A DNA stretch of 64,000 bases from Octopus vulgaris (lineage: Eukaryota): the NCBI GenBank assembly GCA_951406725.2, contig OX597815.1:11346001-11410000 (forward strand), given 5' to 3'. The position numbers were made by a program, and so were the translations under genes. Under the pieces are notes generated by a model. It was not told the DNA's origin. It saw only the letters and a list, made by a program, of their open reading frames with translations, and ran no database searches. Each line of letters opens with the position of its first letter. The first letter of the stretch is position 1. Shown one piece after another: positions 54,079 to 64,000 of the stretch.

Positions 54079-55701
54079 ACACTTCCAGTATAGGTAGGAT
54101 AACAAAAGAAAATACTCCATCCAGTGAGTGATAATTATCATTTAATATACAAAATTTTGAAAGCGCTATTAATAATTTCATGTGTGAAGATACATTAAAT
54201 TGGCAGATTTATGTTGGGTGCTGTGAATCTCTAACCAATCTCTGAGGCCCAGTTGATATGATAGATATATTAAAAAAAAAAGCAGAACGCTTGTCTATCA
54301 AAAAACATGAGATAAAATGGAGAAGAAAAAATTGAAAGCTACACGAAGAAGATTGATGCAAAAATTGGAACTAGAAGAGAGAAAAAACGGTAAGAAAACC
54401 AAAATATTCTTCCTGTTTGACTGTAGAAATCATAATTAATGTCGATGTTGCAGAATGATATAAAAGAAAGGAGGCTAAAGTGTAGGAGATAGCTATTGAA
54501 TACCGAGCGGCCCGTGTCATCCAGTACGACAACAGAAACTGATTATGTTTTTGCAGCTGTTAAAAGTTTTGTATCTGGAATTAAGTAGTGGTGGTGTAAT
54601 TCTTGGGCCCACAAAGAAAAATTTGGATTTCCTTGTTCCATTCATATATGGTACAGATTTGTCCACGATTCACCACTTGATTGTATGTGGCGTGCATTTG
54701 GTGTTCAGATCGCATAGATGGCTCGCAAATTTAGAAGAATTATTTTCAGCAATGAGTCGGGAAGAAGACTGCTGGTTTACATACCACCTACAATTATGTC
54801 GAGAATCGCGGAGAAATCTACGTCATTTATAACTGGATCATAGAGATGCGAGATATGTTTCGCTGAAAGATCGCACATTCCTTTTAGGTCTAAGAATCCC
54901 GACACACATCTTAATTCCCCATCCGAAATTTTAGCAAATGCAAACACATGAACAAGTTTTTGTTGTCGAACTGGAGGAGACCACCTGTTCCGGATTGAGA
55001 AGCTACCTCACAAACATTGGCATCTCTTCTGTTATATTATTCTGCACCAGCTTCATTAATTATGGCTTCTACATTCAAAGAGGACGATGATTTTGGTCCT
55101 CTTTTCTTTTCTTTCTTCTTGTTCTACTTTTTGCATCAATCTATTTCGCTTTTTATTTTCTTCTTGGTTTTCCTCGTGTTATCTTATAGTCCGGCGTCCT
55201 GGATTTTAAATACATCTAACGTATGGACTGAGACTGCAAGATTGTTTGGAGCTACATCGTGTGTCATAAACCTGCTAATTTGATAAAACTTAAAAGCATG
55301 AACGGTAACAACGACGACGACAACAACAAAAACAGCAAAAACACTCAAACTACAACTACCAAACCTAAATCTGTTGAAAATTTAAACCCAAATGCATGCA
55401 CCAATTTTTACAGTTGTGAACAGACTCAACGATGAATTCATGGATTACCTAATGGTGAAGAAAAATAAAATTCAAACAGAGAAGGAGGAATTTGAGAATA
55501 GAATTCTCAAATCCCGAAAGACAAACTGTTAATTAAAACATCATCAGCCTTTTATAGGACAATTCGAGAAAAATACCCGGCTAGTGTGGGAATTTGGAAA
55601 AAAAATACTGTTAAAAGACTGTTAGAAGGACCTTTCAGGAGACAGTCATCCGGAGAGAGGATCGGAATACCCGGGCGTCTCAAAAAATCAAGGTGGGTGA
55701 T

Positions 55702-56370
55702 CAGGAGTGGCTGTATGGTAAGTAGATTGCTTACGAGCGGCGAGCTGGCAGAACCGTCAGCACGCCGGGCGAAATGCGTAGCCGTATTTCGTCTGCCGTT
55801 ACGTTCTGAGTTCAAATTCCGCCGAGGTCGACTTTGCCTTTCATCCTTTCGGGGTCGATTAAATAAGTACCAGTTACGCACTGGCGGTCGATATAATGGA
55901 CTTAATTCGTCTGTCTGTCCTTGTTTGTCCTCTCTGTGTTTAGCCCCTAGAGGGTAGTAAAGAAATAAGTAGCTTGCTTACGAACCACATGGTTCCGGGT
56001 TCAGTCCCACTGCGTGGCACCTTGGGCAAGTGCCTTCTACTATAGCCTCGTGCCGACCAAAGCCTTGTGAGAGGATTTGGTAGATGGAAACTGAAAGAAG
56101 CCAGTCGTATATATGTATATATATATATGTATGTGCGTGTTTGTGTGTCTGTGTTTGTCCCCCCCCCCAACATCGCTTGACAACCGATGCTGGTGTGTTT
56201 ACTTCCCCGTAACTTAGCGGCTCGGCAAAAAAGGGACCGATAAAATAAGTACTAGGCTTACAAAGAATAAATCCTGGGGTCGATTTGATCGACTAAAGGC
56301 GATGCTCCAGCATGGCCACAGTCACATGACTGAAACAAGCAAAAGAGTAAAAGAGTAAGAGTAAAGAGTA
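55702..56370 (+). mobile_element. SINE family A split by a nested SINE family B (55737-55965)
   Basis: 18-bp TSD taagtag(a/c)ttgcttacga at 55719-55736 and 55966-55983, inside the family A head. Confidence 0.9.
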
Positions 56371-56599
56371 CTGTCAAGTCTCCTCTGTCAAGTCCATACT
56401 TGTTGCAAAGTGTCCAATGGACAATCTTTGCTATATTGTCATGGCGTCTCTTATATTCCTTCTACGCTAGTGGCGTACACCGGCTGGTACTTTGCCACAC
56501 GGTTCCACCATTTGTTTTTTTTTATAAAAAACTCAGAACAAATTATTATTAGTGTTATTATCATCATCATCATCATTATTATTATTGCTGCGGTTTTAA

Positions 56600-56805
56600 A
56601 GCGGCGATCTGTCAGAATCGTTAGCACGCCAGGTAAAAGGTCTTTCGTCAGTAGTTACGTTCTGCGTTCAAATCCCGCCGATTCTGACTTTGCCTTTTAT
56701 CACTTTGGGGTCGATAATATAAGTACCAGTTGAATACTGAGGTCGATGCAATCAACTATCTCCTTTCCCATAAATCTCAGGCCTTGTGTCTGTAGTAGAA
56801 AAAAA
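56600..56805 (+). mobile_element. degenerate SINE family B
   Basis: gcggcgatctgtcagaatcgttagcacg...ggggtcgataatataagtaccag. Confidence 0.7.
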
Positions 56806-56906
56806 TTATTATTGTTGTTGTACTTGTTGACGTTGTTGTTGCTGTAGAGGCTGTTGCCGTTGCTATTTTAACATTAATATTCATATTGTCATCATCATCA
56901 TCATCA

Positions 56907-56961
<55 letters not shown>

Positions 56962-57287
56962 CATCATCATTTATTTTTTGTTCCTTGTTTCTTCAAAATT
57001 TCTTCCGTTTCTCGCCGAGTGTTTTCCATACACCTAGGGCAGAGAAGCTCATTGTACTGGCTGACTCTGTCATGTCTTGCGCCAAACAAAAATGTTTCGT
57101 GGTATTTGCATAAAATTCTTTACGTTCTTTGTTGAAATCCATCCGATGTCAATTCTATCTCTGATGCCTCCGTGGTCGTTAACGAAAAAAGCAAGTGAAA
57201 TACTGAAGTTGATATAATCAGCCATTTGCAACCCACAAATTTCTGGGCTTCTGCCTATCTGAAAGCAGATCATTAGATATTGGTGAA

Positions 57288-57291
57288 TACC

Positions 57292-57327
<36 letters not shown>

Positions 57328-57418
57328 CACCACTACTACCACCGCTACTACTACCACTATTACCACCACCACTACTACTACCACCACCACTACCACCACC
57401 ACCACCACCACCACCACC

Positions 57419-57454
<36 letters not shown>
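57288..57454. repeat. (CTA)n/(CCA)n microsatellite
   Basis: Triplet runs. Confidence 0.95.
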
Positions 57455-58411
57455 TGTATGCAGCTGCTAGTAGTTCGCTGCGCGCATTCAGCAGTAGAGT
57501 ACCGAGGAGTTTGCAGGACATAGAGTAGCTCTTTACGGTCAGGCATCAAGCATTTCTGGAATCAACTTAAAATCTTCCAGTGGTGAAAGAATATATGACA
57601 CTAAAAGTTTGAAATCGATTTAATCGATTGTGGCACTTAGCCTGAATGAGTGGCCTTGTAAACCTATTAACACAACACTATTATCATTAATAACGATATA
57701 TTCATGTTTTAATATTACTGCACCGATTGGTATACACCGTTTGCGCTGGTTACGCTATCTGTACTTGTCAGTTATAGTCAGGTTTATACATGTGTAAAAA
57801 GTAAAAAGATTCCTTTTGAATAGAAGTCAGTATTTTATTGGAAAGGGTTATATAGTTTCCCATTTCAATGTTAAGTGATATCAAATACACTGATCAAAAA
57901 TGTTAGGAATGCAATTTGAATAATTAAAATATCGCTCAGAGTACATTGCACCTTTTTGGCTCATCAAGTCATTTCTCTACTTCAAAACATTTGTATTTTA
58001 TTTTAACCTGTCTGTTTATTATCTTTTGCGTCCGTTCCTCTCCGCCCATCTCTTTCTCATTATTTTCCGGTTTTAAATGGAATCAAAGATTTCTCGGGCT
58101 AGCTAGAATAGGAAATTTCTCAACATATTTTCACTCAGAGAGAATACAATGGATAAAAAAAAAATAAAAAACCCAGAAATATCTCTGTATTTTAAGGACA
58201 CTTTTCCCCCACTCCTTCGTGTGTGACATCGATTGCCATGGAAACATCAAAAATGATTTGATGAAGGGGGAAAACGAGCAATTAAGTTGATAGCACTTGG
58301 TTTGACTGTACAAACGATAGCTTGGGTCTAAGTAATTAAAGCGTAACGGACGAAGTGATTGATACACTATTGCATTTCATATATATATATATCAATAAAT
58401 AAATAAATATA

Positions 58412-58637
58412 TACTCTTTTATACTCTTTTACTTGTTTCAGTCATTTGACTGCGGCCATGCTGGAGCACCACCTTTAGTCGAGCAAATCGACCCCGGGAC
58501 TTATTCTTTGTAAGCCCAGTACTTATTCTATCGGTCTCTTTTGCCGAACCGCTAAGTGACGGGGACGTAAAAACACCAGCATTGGTTGTCAAGCAATGCT
58601 AGAGGGACAAACACAGACACACAAACATATACACACG

Positions 58638-58705
<68 letters not shown>

Positions 58706-58838
58706 CATATATACGACAGGCTTCTTTCAGTTTCCGTCTACCAAATCCACTCACAAGGCATTGGTCGGCCCGAGGCTATAGCAGAAGACACTTGCCCAAG
58801 ATGCCATGCAGTGGGACTGAACCCGGAACCATGTGGTA
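58412..58838 (-). mobile_element. SINE family A (5'-truncated)
   Basis: Same consensus as the other family A copies. Confidence 0.9.
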
Positions 58839-58842
58839 TATA

Positions 58843-58905
<63 letters not shown>

Positions 58906-58979
58906 TATACATGCATGCATACATAGATGCATTCATACATAATACGACACACACATACACACATATATATACACATCGT

Positions 58980-59318
58980 GGCACTCCGTCGGTTACGACT
59001 ACGAGGGTTCCAGTTGATTTGATCAACGGAACAGCCAGCTCGTGAAATTAACGTGCAAGTGGTTGAGCACTCCACAGACACATGTACCCTTAATGTAGTT
59101 CTCAGGGAGATTCAGCGCGACACAGAATGTGACAAGGCTGGCCCCTTTGAAATACAGGTACAACAGAAACAGGAAGTTGTGGTGAAAGAATACAGCAGTG
59201 TTCGTAGAGCTTTAGGTGTTTTTGCTCAATTAACACACACAACGCCCGGTCTGGGGATCCTAACCGCGATCCTGTGACTGCGAGTTCGTTGCCCTAACCA
59301 CTGGGCTATTGTGCCTCA
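58980..59318 (-). mobile_element. SINE family C copy
   Basis: Reverse complement of 17971-18351 with internal deletions. Confidence 0.88.
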
Positions 59319-59709
59319 CACGCACACACACACACTCACACACACACACACTCACCCACACCCATACCAATATATATGTGTGTGTAGGGGTGAGTGTGTG
59401 CGTTTGTATCTGTGTATTCTTGCATAGAAATCCGTGAAAACTATCGACGAGAAACCAACGCAAGAGAAAAGCTATTACTACTAATTATAGTATTGAAAAA
59501 CATAATAAATGATACCAGTGGAACATTTTCCATTCTTTAATCTGCACCATTCCAGCTATTGTTGGCTTTGTCACGGTCGATGTTTAGAATTATAATTGCT
59601 TAAAATTTTACTTGACAACGGTGGATTATATATATTAAGATGCGATTTATTATTACTGCAACAAATAAATTTCTACCGAAACAGCTGTCGTAAATCTTAA
59701 ATGCTATTT

Positions 59710-59918
59710 CAGTTCCATATTTAAGAAATGAGGAATTATGTACATTACTTACACTATTTACATTCTTCAGGTGTCTTTGGGAAATTTCGAACATGGATTC
59801 TCATTCCTAAAGTATTTTTGGATGTTATTAATTATTATGATGTAGTGGTTAAGAGCGCGGGCTACTAACCCCAAGAATTCGAGTTCGATTCCAGGCAGTG
59901 ACCTGAATAATAATAATG

Positions 59919-59978
<60 letters not shown>

Positions 59979-60110
59979 TCGAAAAATACCCGAGGAATGA
60001 GGTACGAAATTTCCCCAAGACGCCTGAAGAAGGCTGGAGGGTATATCAGCCGAAATGTTGTGTTAACAACAAACAAGATGAGGACAAATATCCGTCGAAT
60101 GTAAATAATG
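59710..60110 (+). mobile_element. tRNA-headed, hammerhead-containing non-autonomous element with an inverted 5' segment (Penelope-style)
   Basis: 13-bp TSD ttaaatgctattt at 59697-59709 and 60111-60123; inverted copy 59710-59837; tRNA-like A/B boxes 59841-59893; hammerhead 60019-60064. Confidence 0.8.
60019..60064 (+). ncRNA. minimal type I hammerhead ribozyme fold
   Basis: GACGC-CTGAAGA-A-GGCTG(gagggtatat)CAGCC-GAAA-TG-TT-GTGTT. Confidence 0.72.
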
Positions 60111-60129
60111 TTAAATGCTATTTGTTTTT

Positions 60130-60179
<50 letters not shown>

Positions 60180-61613
60180 ATTTTTTTTTTTAAGATGATG
60201 ACATAATCATAAAAAGGATTATATTAGTGGCTTAGCACATATGACCGAATAGGTAATATTTATTATTTTACGTATATGATTATAAAAATATAATCATAAT
60301 AAGGGTTATCTGACATGACCGGCGCAGTAGATGTCAAATATCTACAATCTACTCTAAACATTGTTCAAACAGAAGTCTGTACCGAAGGAATGAGCAAGAA
60401 AATATAGAAGTTTATTGATAATTCTATACCTCGAGGTTTTACGATCTGAAAAAATTACTCTGCGATTTTCAGGAGAAGCATACCAATTAATATATAAACG
60501 AGAAATATATGCACCAACCGATAAATTCACCCGGAGATACCAATGCATACACACAAATATACATAATAGTAATTTACACAATCTTGTATAGTTTCTTGCT
60601 CATTCCCTCGAATTCGTACCTGTGGCTGATCATAGACAATAACTTTTTGAGTGGATTGTAGGTATTTTGACACCTACTTCTACCATAGGCAGCGGTCATG
60701 TCCTGTAGCTCTTATTATATTTTTATAATTATATACGTAATATATATATACATCTATATATTTGTTTTGCAAGGTTCTTGTACACACACACACACATACA
60801 CACACACACACATACACACACACACACATATGCATGTAGGTATGTACCATTGTATGGGGACTCGTCTCGTAAACCTAAGCAGTCATCATATTTAAAAGAA
60901 AGGGTAGACTGGATAATATAATTCTTAATAGGCGGAAGGTCAAGGCTAAAATACTTTAAATCTGATCGATGTTGAAATTTTGATCTAGTTGAGCATTGAA
61001 CTTAGAACATAAGAGTAGAGCGTAACGGAATAGCGTAAAAAATGAGACGTCATGGGATGCAAGTATGTCCGAACATTCTTGTCATTGTTATCATAGTATC
61101 GTGTCTAAGTATCGGGTTGACGTAAATATAATGAAAGAACGGCAGGTGGAAATGCTTTAAAAGCTGTCGGTTGGACTGTACCTCTATCTCAAGGATCTAG
61201 AAATCTCAGTATGTCAAACAACTTTTGTGCAAGTATGACTGTACGCGTATGCATATCTGTGGAATACTGATACACACCCTAGTTAAATGGGTTGGCATTT
61301 AGTTGATCCAACAATTGAAAATTGCATCATGAAAGCGATTATGCATTATATATCCTTCTAAATACTGCGAAGAATAAGTTTCTTGAGAAATTCAAAGTAA
61401 TCGCAATTTGTATATCTTGAGTCAACAAGAGAAGCTCTAAATCATCCCTTGATCAACGAAAACTCGCAACGATTATTCACTCATATCCCAATATCTTAAG
61501 AAACGATACGCTTGGAATTGCAATTCTAAATACACTATGTTAAAAGAAATCATTGTAGGTATGCTGGAATAAGAATGGCTTGAGATGATTTCAACAACAA
61601 CACTATATGAAAA

Positions 61614-61844
61614 GGCGGCGAGCTGGCAGAAACGTTAGCGCGCCGGGCGAAATGCTTAGCGGTATTTCGTCTGTCGTTACGTTGTGAGTTCAAATTCCGC
61701 CGAGGTCGACTTTGCATTTCATCCTTTCGGGGTCGATAAATTAAGTACCAGTCACCCACTGGGGTCGATGTAATCGACTTAATCCGTTTGTCTGTCCTTG
61801 TTTGTCCTCTCTATGTTTAGCCCCTTGTGGGTAGTAAAGAAATA
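61614..61844 (+). mobile_element. SINE family B monomer
   Basis: TSD tatatgaaaagg on both sides. Confidence 0.92.
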
Positions 61845-64000
61845 TATATGAAAAGGGGATAAAACTTGGCAAGCATTGATTTGCATAGCTGCTGGATCTA
61901 GGTTAAACGACGGCAACCAAAATTTAAAAAACTCTTTTATATTTTCCAAGCCTGTACAACACACACGTCTTTGTTTTCATATTTGTATTGTCTAAGTTTA
62001 CAGTACAAATTGAAACCATGCCACTTCAAGAGAAATTAGGTCAGTACCTTAAAACAAACTTTGTTCATTAAAACCTAGAAAATAACAATGTATAACTTTA
62101 CTCATACTTTTTTATATCCACTGTTGTATGTCATTGAGAGGCCATATGTGTACATTATAAAACAGTAGATACTTCGACTCTGAAGCAATAAAAATGATAT
62201 CGAGATAACTCCAAGTTTGAAAATAAAACTATTTTAGAATTCCATTGTAAGTAGCAGCTTCAATTAATCTAGTCATTTTCAATTCATTTGATTTCTTTAG
62301 CATCATTAACTTTGGTAATTAAAACAATATATACAAAAATAATAATAAATACAAATTATAAAACAAAAATACCAAATCAGTAAATTCTTTTGCCTTTAGA
62401 CTTATTAACATAAGATTTTTCGCAAAAATCTCATCAATTTACTGAACCAACAAAACAGTGCGCTATCATAAAACTAAAATTGTATTATTTCAACCATAAA
62501 AAGCAGAACGATATCTATAAATCAAAATATCTTCGAACCAGTAACGGGGACATTTACATGGTCACTCAATATACTAGATGTAGCAGCAAAACATTCAACA
62601 AATCATTTCCTACATAAAACTGAAAAATACAATGTCTAATGTGATCTTAGATACACCAACAGAACAGATTATCACTGTGTTTTAATAGCAATCATACCAG
62701 CAAATGACAAAAACAATAGGAACCGGGTTTTTTTCACATTTTTTGGACAAGAGCTGGTTAGTTTCCTGGTACAAGAAAAGAGCCTTTATTTGTTTACATT
62801 TAAATTCTCCATAAACATTTGATTCCTAATTCTAATAATTTTCATGATATTTTAGGTCTAATCATTTCTTTGTATAATAGCGTTCACTTGCGTAGTAAGT
62901 ATTGCTTTCATTATTCTATCATCGTCATAATATCTCTTTTTTAAACAGACATAAAGGTAGTCCAATTACGGAAGGGGCAGCAGCTTATTAAGTTTTACCT
63001 TCCCTTCAAAGCAACATAGAGATTTCAATTCAGCAGCCCATCTGTAAGCTTTGCAGTGTGTATGTCTGAGAGAGTGGGGGGAGAGAACATTGCAAACAAT
63101 GAATGAAATAAAGATGAAATAAAAAAAACTCATATAAATAAAAAGGCATTACTACAGATGTATACACCCCCGAATTTGTTGCTTCATAACATTCAGAAAA
63201 ATAGATACTTTTTAAGGAAATTTTCTCCTTAATGTTGTGGCTACAGTATATATAGGGATTTATGGGAAATAATTTTTCCAAGGGGTGGAGAGAGGAGTTA
63301 GGGAAAAATCCCACGATCCACCTTTTTCCCCTAATAACTTTCAGAAAAATGGGTATCTTTTAATGAAAGTTTATACAAATCGCGTTCAAACGGCATAGAT
63401 TAAGATTATTAAGACATTTGTGGCAAGAATTATTGCCGAGGGAGTAGGGAGAAGAGTTTCTAATCAGGGAGGCCAAATAAGTTAGAACTACTCTGTTTTG
63501 ACGGGGTTTTTCCCATTTTTTAAACTACAGCCTTCGAAAATGATGGGGTGGAGGTGGAGACATCTTTGTATAAAAAAGTTTAATTTTATACTTTTTTACA
63601 CCCCTACCCTCTCTCATCTGCCCACTCCAGACCTATTTTGGCCAATTTTTGTTGCACTTCAAAACCATGAGAAGTGCCTATTCGGTAAAAAAAATGTTAA
63701 CATTTTCAGAGGGAAAAGTGAGTGATTTAAGGGACATTTGACTGTTGTTTCTACAACATCCCAAGACAACCCTCCACGTTTCGTTATCACTCTCGCATCT
63801 ACTGATGTTTTTCAATATTTTTCTCAACATAAATACAATTATATGATAAAGAGAAGAAAATTTCAACAATTATGAAATGTTTTGCAACCCCAATTGATTT
63901 CTATTTATAAATTAAAAGTTTGGAGAGCCTGAGAAGGTCATTGCTAGCATTTATCCACAGTGATGTAAAGAACGAGTTGCGGAAACGATAACTCATTTTA

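Noticed and set aside
56985-57290. Possible 3' end of an RLE retrotransposon
   Set aside because: No unambiguous motif.
59841-59903. Possible tRNA-Ser gene
   Set aside because: No acceptor stem or long variable arm; it is the head of a repeat element.
63030-63910. Possible Helentron/DINE-like non-autonomous element
   Set aside because: Composition is suggestive but termini and hairpin could not be defined.

Overview
AT-rich eukaryotic (animal) DNA, very rich in microsatellites and short retroposons. The repeat content looks like an octopus/cephalopod genome; this is inferred from tRNA-headed SINE families of the OK/OR1/OR2 kind and was not checked by search. I see no intact host gene, and most ORF-track entries are microsatellite artefacts. 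Recognisable mobile DNA: a 5'-truncated CR1-clade LINE, two decayed R4/Dong-type (RLE) non-LTR elements, an RTE-like fragment, a Penelope (RT+GIY-YIG) fragment, a Tc1-like element with long TIRs, mariner and DUF4817-type fragments, three non-autonomous Helitrons, a TIR element carrying TTAGGG repeats, and more than 25 SINE copies from 3-4 families. Less obvious features: (1) at least four type-I hammerhead ribozyme folds in Penelope-derived DNA, one inside a tRNA-headed, TSD-flanked element with a Penelope-style inversion and tail; (2) exon fossils, in correct domain order, of two convergent receptor-type tyrosine phosphatase-like genes (FN3/EGF then PTP D1-D2); (3) a SINE insertion that carries 188 bp of flank from a neighbouring SINE; (4) SINE multimers sharing one fixed junction. 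All motif calls were made by eye.
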